This document shows positions 51,785-64,000 of a DNA stretch of 64,000 nucleotides, one piece after another (the first letter of the stretch is position 1; each line of letters opens with the position of its first letter). The notes below the pieces were generated by a model. The model was given only the letters and a program-made list of their open reading frames with translations. It searched no databases and was not told the DNA's origin. This stretch comes from Phoronis australis (Eukaryota; Animalia; Phoronida): the NCBI GenBank assembly GCA_002633005.1, contig NMRA01000165.1, positions 223,958 to 287,957 of the forward strand, written 5' to 3'. The translations under genes and the position numbers were made by a program.

Positions 51785-52310
51785 GATTGAGTTGGCTACG
51801 TTGCGTCCTCCTCTCGAGGACTTCGGCAGGTCACTGAGATGTCATGTGACTCATCATGTAATTGACAGCACAGTTTGCGCGGGATACTCTTTAGTGCCCA
51901 ATGCCACATTCTTGGCAACAGAAACCTCAGGCCCCCTTGTAGGTTTAAGCTGGGATTTTCCACCCGTTCGTATATTGCTTCCTTGACCCCTCTCCTGAAC
52001 CAATTTTCTTCTCTATCCAGAATTGTGACATCATCCAGGGAGAAAAAGTGGTCCGTAGCCATGATATTTCTGTTTTGTTCAAACCAATTAACACCACAAG
52101 GAGTCAGCTAATGAATGTGAAAGATAAGACCGTGAAAGAGAAAAAAATCAAATGTGGTGTATGGCATTTTATGCTCGGATCCAGGGAGTGAGGAAGCATA
52201 TATTGGGGAAACCAAACAAGTCCTGAAAAGTTAGATCAGTCAAAATCGCAGACCCAGTTACAGGGACTGCTATGATTCGGCAGTTTTCAGTCATATAGCT
52301 GCTAAGTATC
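51785..52310. mobile_element. Penelope-like element fragment with internal inversion
   Basis: The - strand 51796-52062 encodes HFFSLDDVTILDREENWFRRGVKEAIY...PSLN. The + strand at about 52150-52300 encodes NVVYGILCSDP...YIGETKQ...SAVFSH, the GIY-YIG N-terminal half. Confidence 0.8.
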
Positions 52311-52832
52311 ACCTTAAGGGCTTAGAATTATCTGGAACTTTCAACAGGCAGTGGGGTTGTTTGGGATTAGCACTTTTAGCAACAAAATAAAGTTTAAAGC
52401 AGCTGCAAAGCCACCTTACCGTGACTATAAAACTTTGCTCTAAACGTGACGTGTTTCTTCCTAAAATTAGAGGTTATTTCTGGTCTTGTGAAGAGGTCAA
52501 GCCCACTCTCCCTTCTTTGCAAGCTCAGAAATCATTTCAAAATCTGAGTGAGGAACGATTTAAAACCAACTTTCAATAGTACATGGCCTGAATAAATAGT
52601 GGATATACAGCAGCTTTCAACATTCTTTGTAGTAGTTAGCAGCACATCTGCATAAGAGATTGGATGTAACAAGGTAACTAAACTTTTGATGTGTGGTGTT
52701 TCGGTGCCAAGTTAAGTTGCAGTGCCTAGTAATTACTTGGATCACTTGCCAAATTAGCCAACCTATCTAATCATAAGAGTGTTTTGGGACCCACCTCTTG
52801 GCTCAAAAGGACATGTAACAACAATTACTCAC

Positions 52833-53689
52833 CACCAATTGAAGCCAAGGCTTTAACATTCATTGTGCCAATACACGTTGGTATGCTGAGACTTGTGTAT
52901 TGGTTATCGATGACCAGCTCAGTAGAGAATACTTCCCTGGGTGTGGTGTGGTACAGCGTGGCACAACAAACATGTGAGCAAGTAACAGGCCCAGGAACAC
53001 ATAACTGACTATATTTCAGACAGTGTCCATCACTAGATATAGCCACCAGATGACCACTACAAGTGACCAATAACAAGCACTTCAGATCTTCACTGTTTCC
53101 ATCATCATTTACTGACTTTATCTGTGTAGCATGAAGTCCCACATATAGGTGAGAACTGTGATATAGTAATTTTAACTGAAGACTTTCAATGAAGCAGGAG
53201 TCAGCCGATGGGAGAGGGATGTAGAAGATGTGTCCATCTCCAGGGGAGAGCAGGATCACTGGCTGGTCTGTCTTTAACAAACACTGGTGTAGAGCTGGGT
53301 CCAGGTGTATGTGAGATGAGTTCACAATGCTGCACTGACTTGGAATGGCACAATACGCAATGACATCTTGAGATGATAACAATGGAGATGACGAATAGGA
53401 TGATGATGGTTGTGATGATGACAAGGATGAAGTTGATGAAGAAGGCACATTTATACATGCCTCAGGTTGCATGGTGGTTGACATGGCACCCACATTATAA
53501 AGTGAAACCTTCCAGCTGTTTACAACTGAGGATACAGTAACAAGCCAGCTGTTTACACACATGATTGCACGGCATTTTGGGACTGTTGTCACAATCTGAT
53601 TTGACGACACAATAGTAACAGGCTCCGATGTACTTTGAAATAGAAGCGATGCACTGGCACTTTTTCCTTGGGCTAACGAGGTCTTTAAC
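52833..53689 (-). CDS. FAAP100: FAAP100 exon 3
   Basis: LDPALHQCLL...PVILLSPGDG...KLLYH...CLLLVTCSGHLVAI...CVPGPVTC...LYHTT parallels FAAP100 LEDALFGLLF...PVVLCGLPDG...KILHH...CLPGPVLC...VYHSTP. ag/gt boundaries. Confidence 0.85.
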
Positions 53690-53873
53690 CTGAAAGTAAA
53701 TGTGCATGACGTAAGAGCCACTATCAACCACGTTTTGGTGTTAAAAACGCTGTATGCACTCTTCTAAAGCAATGTCGTTGCGTTCTTTTATCTTGTTCAA
53801 ATTGAAATTGGCTTTAGTACCTGCTTTGGTAACTTAAAACTAATTTGACGTGGTGAGTACCTTAATGGACCTG

Positions 53874-53993
53874 GTCTGAAGCACTAGCCGTCAGTCAAGT
53901 ATATGAGTCTGAAGCACTGGCCGTCAGTCAAGTATATGAGTCTGAAGCACTAGCCGTCAGTCAAGTATATGAGTCTGAAGCACTAGCCATCAG
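53874..53993 (+). repeat. 33-bp tandem repeat, about 3.6 copies
   Basis: Unit gtctgaagcactagccgtcagtcaagtatatga at 53874, 53907 and 53940, partial at 53973. Confidence 0.95.
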
Positions 53994-54482
53994 TATATAA
54001 CTTATTTCTATTTTAAGAAAGGAACAAGATGAGACCAGTTACATGATACTGAATTGCTAAATCAAAAGTTGTTGACAAACGGCGCAAGTTTATTGACCTC
54101 CCACTCCCTGTAACACAACAAACTATCAGTCAAACATGTTTTAAGTTTCCAGTTTAGTAAGATTGCACATTCATTTAAAGGCCTAAAATCTGAAATTTCG
54201 AACTAAAAACATTTTCTGATAGTTTAACATGCACCAAAAATGCTGCCTTTAATAAGAGGTCCACCCTGAACACATTACAATACTGGTAAACTTGTGTTAC
54301 CTCGCTGGATCAGCAAATGCAACAAATCATGTCTGAAATGCATTTCTCAACATAAGAGACAAACTTGTTGTAAGTCTCGAATGTGCATGTGCATTATCAT
54401 GTTAATTTCAGCAGCAGATGATAAACAGAAACTGTATTCCTATGCAACTGGAATGTATTAGATTTTTTAGTACTAGTCTCAC

Positions 54483-54616
54483 CTCGCTTTCTTCTTGAAA
54501 GTAGGAAGAGGTAAAATGAAGATGTGTCCACTGATGTCTACGAACACAATCTTAACGTCAGCTGTACTTGAGTCAAAGCAAATATCAACCACTGGAGCAG
54601 GAAAGTGGTATATTAC
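54483..54616 (-). CDS. FAAP100: FAAP100 exon 2
   Basis: VIYHFPAPVVDICFDS...IVFVDISGHIFILPLP, cacag acceptor, gtgag donor. Phase 2 matches exon 3. Confidence 0.75.
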
Positions 54617-55626
54617 CTGTGAATACACCAAATCTACAAATCAAAATGTTGCTCATCAGTCAAAAGGTGTACATAGGTTACTGTTCCAAAGTAGTCTTAA
54701 AACTATGTAGTAGTTACTCCTTTTTCATCATAAAACTTCAGACTTGAAGCACTTGTCCTTCCACAGACGCGACAACGTTGTGGAAATGCAAGCAAACCAG
54801 GGGATCATGCAAGTTTGCTTTGCGAGATTCTTGCATCAACCAAATTCAGGCCTGGCCTCAGAAGTGATTTCTTTGCTTTGATTATCATTGCTGGAGGCCA
54901 GCCTAACAAGCTGCCTGAAAGCCAATTTTATGTGGCGTATGGTCTCAAGCAAAAACAATCTGCCAGCCACTTCTCTCAAAGTCCAGTAATCACTTTTCAT
55001 CTGAGCAATACTATATAACTACACTCAAACGACCTAAATATCAGACGTTTTGGCACATTTTCCATTATATTTAGTTGAAAATACTTCAAGTTGTAACAAT
55101 TTTTTTACTAAAATAAAGACTTACCTTTACGGAATTGTTGTTACTAAACCTTGTCATGTTTATGTCTTTATTGATCTTTAAAAAACACAAGTAGTAAACC
55201 CTTGGAGAACCTAAATACCAGACACCACAGTAAACTAACTAACCATATAATGGCTGTGGGCACCTTGTCACCAGATTGCAGCTTGAACACCTCGTAAAAA
55301 CGGTGAATGCATGAATAAAAAGAGTCTAATCGGTACGAGTAATACATTTTTGGAATCACCATGATCACGCTGACGAGAGGATTCAGAAAATAATAATATC
55401 AAGTATGTACATTAATGGAGTCGGATTGTAAACAATAACCCAAAGTTTAAGTGTCCAACCTTTATGTTTCTTATATATGGTTATGAGTGATCTGGAAATC
55501 CGAGTGCCTGTGGATACACTCATACAGCTAGCACTAAGCCGCCACTAGCAGGCTAGATTCGAACCGGATGGAGTCCGAAGCTCAATTCACTCAGCCACAC
55601 TGTCTCCTCCAGAATGTGTTCCTTAC

Positions 55627-55740
55627 CTTTCTGTGGCGGTCCCTATACAAATGAACATTTTCTGCTAACCGAATGACAGTAATTTGTCGTTTTTTACTGT
55701 CAAAACAGTAACGTATTAGCTCACTGCCACTGAAGTCCAT
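55627..55740 (-). CDS. FAAP100: Probable FAAP100 exon 1 (duplicate at 59574-59687)
   Basis: caaATGG start, 38 open codons, AAG|gtaagg donor in phase 0 matching exon 2. An ETS-type CCGGAAGT motif lies at 55750-55757. Two of the three differences from the duplicate are synonymous. Confidence 0.6.
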
Positions 55741-56649
55741 TTGATAAACCCGGAAGTACATTCATAATTCGGCGGGAAATAATAACACACCAAAATATCA
55801 TGTTTTTGTGATTTCATATTATCATAGTGAGCATATTAAATTATGAAAAATTTATAATTATTTCAATTTTTAAATTACACACTTTATTAATTTTTGTACT
55901 CTCTGAAAACATTTACCAAACAACAAAAAGTTCTAAACTACCGCTAGATGTCATAACCTCCAACCATCGGCGAGCAGGGGCACATTCGTCTGCAAGTAAG
56001 TTTATTTCATCAGTTCGTGGCTTTTGTTCTAATCTTATAAAAGAAATGAAATAATCCCTATTTTTCCAGAAAGCGAAGTACATTTCACAAACTATCATTC
56101 CCATATTCCGACGAGGCTGTCCCATATCCAAGCAAGAAATGGCCAACGCGTGCGCCACTGTTCATCAATTCATCAGCTGACAGCTGTTTGATTCATGTGA
56201 ATCACAGCACAGACGCTCGAATTTCCTGATGGCTCATAACCATATGTTTTTGTAGTAGTGAGTGACGTCAGTGGTGATCGAGAAACAGACAAACTCAAGT
56301 GCCTGTGATGCAGCCTCGGCCCAGGCACAACACAGCTTACCCTCTGACACAGCGCCACCTATTCTGCAAAGTGGCCCCGTAGAAACATGACGAGTGACAC
56401 ACGGAATTCGGTGTGTGGGCAGGGATATACCTAGGTTTCAAAACCCCGCTCGCCGGCTGTGCGAGTGAGCCAGAAAATCTATAATCGCCCAATGCAGCCC
56501 AAACAAAGTTCAGTCGCCTGGCCATAGTGCGTCGGTCACCACAAACTTGCTGCCATCGTCAATAAAAATGATTGTTTCGTGCGTTGATGTCACCATCTAT
56601 TAGGGCTAGTATAGTTTTTAAAAATGAACATTTCTAGAGATAAGAATTA

Positions 56650-57090
56650 TCCCTCTTTTCTCAATTAGATGTCTTGGAGTCTTGCCGCTGCAATTGGAAA
56701 CTGGCCGTTTCGGTACAGTACTCCGGTTGAGGAGTGTTTGTGTGATTTTTGTTCTTCCTTATGCATACAGGATGAAATACATTTTCTTTGCTCATGTGAT
56801 CTCTACACTGATCTCAGAACGGGGTTATTTGCAAAGGTCATGTTGGTCTGCCCCTCATTTGGTGCAATTAGGAATTCAGAATTAAATTGTTTTCTCATGG
56901 CAGACGAAAAAGTTTGTTATTTACTAATGATTAATAGTGATTGAGAAGGTTGGTTTGATTTTTTTTTCTCAAATGCATACATGTATGTGTTGCCTATTTT
57001 TTTTACGTTCTCTTTGGAAATGGCGACTTACAAGCCCAAGTTGTGGCTGGGTAGCAGTTGCTACTGGTCACTAAAATAAATGATTATTGA
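56650..57090 (+). mobile_element. LINE 3' fragment (RTE-X-like); duplicate at about 60600-61050
   Basis: Frameshifted QLR...LPLQLETGRF...EECLCDFC...QDEIHFLCSCDLY, followed by aataaa and a (tgat)n tail. Confidence 0.7.
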
Positions 57091-57330
57091 TTTATTGTAT
57101 TTACTGGGAAAATACTCAATCACGCAGTCAATTTACTTCGCTTGGAAATGTCAACATGGCAGATCCATTTTCAACAGCATCCAGGAACTCCTCAAACATA
57201 GTGAAAACTCAATGCAGTCTGTAACTTTATTGTTCTAGGGCAAGTCAGTTTGTGGACAGCACTTTTCATTGCAGTTATCTCAATATCTACCAGGATTGCA
57301 TTGGCGAAGTTTTGGATAACCGTTAGTGGA

Positions 57331-57583
57331 CATGCGCGCACCCAGAGCCTTCGATATGGGGGGCTCGAATTCCCAACGTTGTGGACCATTTGCTAACAAA
57401 AGAGCGGGCGGACTAAAAAACAATGGGAGCACCTCTGTAAATTGCGACTTTGCGCTTATTTAGTGGGCTTTTGTCCCATTTTCTCGAACTTTTTGGTCTC
57501 TCGGGGGCGGTCCTTTTTTCCCACTTCACCAATTGGGAGGGCTCGTTTGAGCCCCCTGAGCCCCCCCCCTGGGTGCGCGCATG
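57331..57583. mobile_element. MITE, CATGCGCGCA-TIR family (duplicate at 61284-61533)
   Basis: 15-bp TIRs with a perfect 5-bp TSD gtgga. Confidence 0.85.
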
Positions 57584-60500
57584 GTGGAGTCAACTTTACA
57601 TTTACTAGGATAGTGTTACTCATTTTGTGCATGGCAATGTTTGAAAATATGAGCACCCATTATATAGATCTGCCATTTGCACATACATGATGGGTACATA
57701 TCAACCTTCAGTGTTGCTCAGGTCAACACATTACGGTAAAGTCGCGTGATTTTCGGACACTGAAAATTAATTCCAATAGAAAAAGTTCATTCTTGGACGA
57801 ATCTCGCGAAATATCATTTTGTGGTGTCCGAATTTGGCGAACCTCCAAATTTGAGTTTCCGCTAGTGTCCGAATTTCGTGGATGAGCGGTCGTAGCATCA
57901 ACAATGCTGGCTCGGTCATTTGATAGCAGTATAATTGCAGGTAAATGAGACTCAAATGGTCTGAGCGATTAATTTTTGAAAATCTGGCTTTCCCAATAAG
58001 AAATGTGCGCCGTCGACGCACAAAGACCGTTCCCAACAAGTGTTGGTTCTTCTTTTCAAAGATGTGCTTTCTCAATATGAAATATTCGGCTTGCATTGCC
58101 GATGCTCAAAAACCGTTCTCCGCAAGTGACGGAATCTTTTCAAAACTGCGCTATCCCACTTGAAATATCGGGCTGCGTTGCGAAGAGTCTTCCTGGTGAC
58201 AAATATGGGCTTTTCAATGAGTGGGTCTGGTTTGCGTTGTTGACGCACATGAAACGTTAGACAACCGATTCTCTTTTGTAAAAATGCGTTTTCTCAATAA
58301 CAAAAATGTCGAGTTTGCGCTGTGAACGCATGGTTTCCCAATAAAATGCTGGAATTGCGTATTCGGCGCACAAAGAGGGTTCCCGACCATCAAAACATGC
58401 GCTTTCTCAATTTTAACGAATTTTGCATTAAACGTAACAGTAATGGATGTGGGAACGAGTTCAATGAAGAAAGTGACGAACAATGACAAGAACATAGCAT
58501 ATATTTATGTTTGTTAAACGTATCCATGCATTGTCTGCTGGTTACAAACCGAAACGCAAGTTAACTNTAGACATTTATGCAATCATCCATTTTGGAACGA
58601 CTTCCTTGGAAGTCTAAATTGGCACCCTCTCTCAGTCAAATCAAAATGAGGCCACGCTATAAAAAACGAGACGATGTTGTACATTCAATGCAGTGCACTA
58701 TAGCGGAATGGAAACTGAAGTCATTCATTTCTCAGATTATGCTTCAGGTAAGATTTCATAAAAACATCTGATATTTAGGTACAATATGCCAATAGTAATA
58801 GTAGTAATACAACATTGCCATTTGGTGGTCGACAAGACAATATAGACTTTTTCATTTCACATTCAAAATCTAGCTAGTATTACGAAGTGATAATCTCATT
58901 CATTACCTTGCATACATTCACTGGTAAGACCGAGCTCAGAGGAGTAGGAGATACTTGTGTGCAATGCTCGATTATCTGCCAATGAAGCCTGGATTCGAAC
59001 TAGCCTTGGTGCAAAGCTGTAAGCTAAATGTACAGCTTTGCTCCAATATGGGTTAAATATTGACCAGATAAAATCTGACACCAAATGAGTGTCATTAAAA
59101 ACTACAGTCTTCCTTGAGTAAACTAAATTATTTAATGATGTTGGAAAAAATGGCATTCTACTGTTGTTCTGCTGCTAAAGTTGTAGAGCGATATTTTGTG
59201 TCGGCTTTCGGCGCCATGAAATATTGCATCACCTATTGGCTCGTTTCTTTTTTCGCAGATTCAAAACTGTTCTACTTCCACCGAACTGGTTTCATTTAGT
59301 TACAAGTTTTCAGTATTTTAATTCCAGCAAATCGGATTTAAGGATCAATTTTGCTGCAGCGAAGCTGTCATTATCTGCCGAGAGATGTCGGAAAATTTCA
59401 GGAAATTGCGCGTGCGCGTGACACAAGCATACTGACAATAGTCTTTGTTGTAGGGTAATCTCGCGGCTATTACTACATCTCGATACAGCTAGTAGCTGGG
59501 TAGATTCGAACCGGATGGAGTCCGAAGCTCAATTCACTCAGCCACACTGTCTCCTCCAGAATGTGTTCCTTACCTTTCTGTGGCGATCCCTATACAAATG
59601 AACATTTTCTGCTAACCGAATGACAGTAATTTGTCGTTTTTTACTGTCAAAACAGTAACGTATTAACTCACTGTCACTGAAGTCCATTTGATAAACCCGG
59701 AAGTACATTCATAATTCGGCGGGAAATAACAACACACCAAAATATCATGTTTTTGTGATTTCATATTATCCTAGTGAGCATATTAAATTACGAAAAAAAA
59801 TTATAATTATTTCAACTCTTAAATTACACACTTTATTAATTTTTGTACTCTCTGAAAAAATATACCAAACAACAAAAAGTTCTAAACTACCGCTAGAGGT
59901 CATAACCTCCACCCATCGGCGAGCAGGGGCACATTCGTCTGCAAGTAAGTTTTTATCTTTCGTCAGTTCGTGGCTTTTGTTCTAATCTTATGAAAGAAAT
60001 GAAATAATCCATATTTTTCCAGAAAGCAAGGTACATTTCACAAACTATCATTCCGGCCCATATTCCGACGAGGCTGTCTCATATCCAAGCAAGAAATGGC
60101 CAACGCGTGCGCCACTGCCTTGTGGCTTGTTCATCACTTCATCGGCTGTTCATCATTCATGTGAATCTCAGCACAGGCGCTCGATTTTCCTGATGGCTCA
60201 TAACCATATGCTTTTTAGTAGTGAGTGACGTCAGACAAACTCAAGTGCCTGTAATGCAGCCTCAGCCCATGCACAGCATGTAGCCTACTCTCTGACACAG
60301 CGCCACCCATGGCCATACTGCAAAGTGGCCCTGTAGAAACATGACGAACGACACACGGAATTCGGTGTGTGGGAAGGGATATACCCAGGTTTCAAAACCC
60401 CGCTCGCCGGCTGGGCGAGTGAGCCAGAAAATCTATACTCGCCCAGCCCAAACAAAGTTCAGTCGCCCGGCCATAGTGCGTCGGTCACCACAAACTTGCT

Positions 60501-61798
60501 GTCAACGTCAATAAAAATGATCGTTTCATGCGTTGATGTCACCATCTATTAGGGCTAGTATAGTTTTTGAAAATGAACATTTCTAGAGAAAAGAATTATC
60601 CCTCTTTTCTCAATTTAGATGTATTGGAGTCTTCATGCCGCTGCAATTGGAAACTGGCCGTTTCGGTATAGTACTCCTGTTGAGGAGCGTTTGTGCGATT
60701 TTTGTTCTGCCTTATGCGTAGAGGATGAAATAAATTTCCTTTGCTCATGTGATCTCTACACTGATCTCAGAACTGGGTTATTTGCAGAGGTCATGTTGGT
60801 CTGCCCCTCATTTGGTGTGCAAGGAATTCAGAATTAAATTGTTTTCTCATGGCAGACAAAAAAGGTGGTTATTTACTAATAATTAATAGTGATTGAAAAG
60901 GTTGGTTTGATTTTCTTTTTCTCAAATGCATACATGTATGTGTTGCCTATTTTTTGTACGTTCTCTTTGGAAATGGCGACTTACAAGCCCAAGTTTTGGC
61001 TGGGTAGCAATTGTTACTGGTCACTAAAATAAATGATTATTGATTGATTGTATTTACTGGGAAAATACTCAATCGCGCAGTCAATTTACTTCACTTGGAA
61101 ATGTCAACATGGCAGATCCATTTTCAACAGCATCCAGAAACTCCTCAAACATAGTGAAAACTCAATGCAGTCAGTAACTTTATTGTTCTGGGGCAAGTCA
61201 GTTTGTGGACAGCACTTTTCTTCGCAGTTATCTCAATATCTACCAGGATTGCATTGGTCAAGTTTTGGATAACCGTTAGTGGACATGCACTCACCCAGAG
61301 CCTTCGATATGGGGGGCTCGAATTCCCAACGTTGTGGACCATTTGCTAACAAAAGAGCGGGCTTACTAAAAAAAAATGGGAGCACCTCTGTAAATTGCGA
61401 CTTTGCGCTTATTTAGTGGACTTTTGTCCCATTTTCTCGAACTTTTTGGTCTCTCGGGGGCGGTCCTTTTTCCCACTTCGCCAATTGGGAGGGCTCGTTT
61501 GAGCCCCCTGAGCCCCCCCTGGGTGCGCGCATGGTGGAGTCAATTTTACATTTACTAGGATAGTGTTACTCATTTTGTTCATGGCAATGTTTGAAAATAT
61601 GAGCACCCATTATATAGATCTGCCATTTGCACATACATGATGGGTACATATCAACCTTCAGTGTTGCTCAGGTCAACACATTAACAAGGTGATTGTATCT
61701 CACAATGTAATTTAAACTCATATAGGGCAATAAACACAGTATAGGGTGTTGCAATGCTACATCTACGTTATAAACTGTAATGTCTTTGGGTAAGGTAT

Positions 61799-63107
61799 TT
61801 TTCTGTAAACCTTGTTTAATGACTCATATACTAGACATGCGAAATTGAATGTGCTCTCTTTTTGACGTAAACTGTGAAAAATGTTGATGACAGAACAGCT
61901 AAGCAGCTGAATCAGTGTAAGTACACAAGGTACATAGCTACAGGGTTAATTTGATTGCCTTGTTCAATGTTGTACTAGCTAAGATGTTATGGACATTTAA
62001 CTCACCCTGTACTTAAGTCTGACACCTCCATATCTCATCAACTGATATAGACCTGAGCTACACCCAACAATAAAGACATGCATTTGGAAGTAGTAGGGTT
62101 GCTTCCAAAAAGTGTAAGTAACTTAATTATTACTGCTCATTCAATCCTACATGAGGATTGTGACTTGTCAATAGTAAACTCAAAATATAAATTGGAGTTT
62201 TGAAATGTTTTATTGGATGCAGCCTGGGATATTTGAATGACTTCATATAGGTATGCAGAATCCTGTTTGATTACCGTTGATTGGGTTCTGGGTTCAGTTT
62301 GTTCAAACTACCACAACATAGGCTGGATATTGTGTAAAAGGTTAATGCAAAGTTCACCTGGTGTGCGCTGAAAAAATTTGCGTGACAATTCTTGAGTATT
62401 TTATTTTATTAAGGAAAAGGAGTGTAGCATGCTAAAGTTAATTAAGTGTTACCNTTTTCTGTAAACCTTGGTTAATGACTCGTATACTAGACATGTGAAA
62501 TTGAATGTGCTCTCTTTTTACGTAAACTGTGAAAAATGTTGATGACAGTACAGCTAAACAGCTGAATCAGTGTAAGTACAAAAGGTACATAGCTACAGGG
62601 TTAATTTGATAGCCTTGTTCAATGTTGTACTAGCTAAGATGTTATGGACATTTAACTCACCCTGTACTTAAGTCTGACACCTCCATATCTCAGCAACTGA
62701 TATAGACCTGAGCTACACCCAACAATAAAGACATGCATTTGGAAGTAGTAGGGTTGCTTCCAAAAAGTGTAAGTAACTTAATTATTACTGCTCATTCAAT
62801 CCTACATGAGGATTGTGACTTGTCAATAGTAAACTCAAAATATAAATTGGAGTTTTGGAATGTTTTATTGGATGCAGCCTGGGATATTTGAATGACTGCA
62901 TATAGGTATGCAGAATCCTGTTTGATTACCGTTGATTGGGTTCTGGGTTCAGTTTGTTCAAACTACCACAACATAGGCTAGATATTGTGTAAAAGGTTAA
63001 TGCAAAGTTCACCTGGTGTGCGCTGAAAAAAATGCGTGACAATTCTTGAGTATTTTATTTTATTAAGGAAAAGGAGTGTAGCATGCTAAAGTTAATTAAG
63101 TGTTACC
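61799..63107 (+). repeat. Tandem duplication 61799-62453 / 62455-63107 abutting a single N
   Basis: Two copies of about 654 bp with a few substitutions, joined exactly at N 62454. Confidence 0.95.
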
Positions 63108-64000
63108 TGAATCACATTTCCACATGGTGCACAGGCTTTCAAACATTTGATTCAACAGTTGTATTTAGGTAAATAATGTAATTTGTACTTAAGTAGTCAT
63201 ATGTATTTGAGTATCAGGTTGTCTTAATGTTTTGTTGGAGAGGTGGAAAAGTTCATAGCTGAATCCATTGGCCGGGAATGCTCATCACTGGGTTATTTAA
63301 AATCTGTACCGACATTAACCAGAGTTCTCCCCAACTGAAAACCCAAACTTGTCGCAAGTGTGCAAACACTAACAAATGTGCCAAAAACACATGGCTTCTA
63401 ATGTTCTCTGTAGTGTAAAACTACTTGCAGTTGCATGGTCTTAAGGGGCTGGGCTAATCACATTTTGCCTTAAAGCTGCAAAGTAGTTGATTATGGTTTT
63501 AATACAAGTAACAGACTACTTTACTTGGAAAAAGTTGTTTTTGGTTTGAGTTTCTGTTATTTTGGTGTTTTTAAAACAGTGGCACCTGACATGATGTCAT
63601 ACAAAAAGCAAATCCAGTTAACTCCAGACATTAAATGTGACTGTAATTTAAAATGTGAATTTGGAATTTATTAATTAAGGAATTCCTTGTCAGATACTGT
63701 TCACACCAGTAACTTATTTCACAATCCCAATAACATAATCACCATCTGTTGAAATGTAGTGAGGTATTTGTAATATTTTGAAATTGTCGTCCTCAGAGAC
63801 TGCATGTCATGGTGCGCATTCTAATATGGCAATGTTTGAGCTGAAATAACTCAAAAATGGAGTTGGTAACCCTGTACTTTGTACACAACACAAGTGGTAT
63901 CAGACTTGAGGGAGATTTAACAATTTTGTAACTTATAGAGGAAAGGCGTTTATACTTACGCCTTTATGTCAACTGGGAGATGAAGCCATTAAAATATCAT

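Larger units (their letters stand above)
55554..61683 (+). repeat. Direct duplication: 55554-57733 = 59501-61683
   Basis: About 2.2-kb near-identical blocks, with a single N between them at 58567. Confidence 0.92.

Noticed and set aside
53874-53993. 33-bp repeats resembling a CRISPR array
   Set aside because: The units are contiguous with no unique spacers, there are no cas genes, and they lie in a eukaryotic intron. This is a minisatellite.

Overview
AT-rich, repeat-rich, intron-containing animal DNA, probably from a marine invertebrate; the species cannot be determined from the window. Four host genes can be reconstructed by hand. (1) The 5' half of AMD1/SAMDC on the - strand, exons 1-5, running off the left edge. 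(2) An intronless otopetrin proton channel on +, 24947-26812. (3) TFG on +, 7 coding exons, 37860-46480. (4) FAAP100 on -, 7 exons, 47918-55740. Between and within them lie an internally deleted Kolobok DNA transposon nested in a MITE, several MITE families, tRNA-derived SINEs, LINE remnants and Penelope-like fragments with minimal hammerhead ribozyme motifs. Most notable: AMD1 exon 5 ends at a perfect U12-type AT-AC donor (ATATCCTTT); a short strong-context uORF sits just upstream of the AMD1 start; AMD1 exon 4 is present twice with only synonymous differences; and three copies of one repeat bracket TFG exons 5-6 in competing inverted orientation. Three near-identical duplications each straddle a single N and are most likely uncollapsed haplotypes or contig overlaps. 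All family assignments come from recalled motifs, not database searches.
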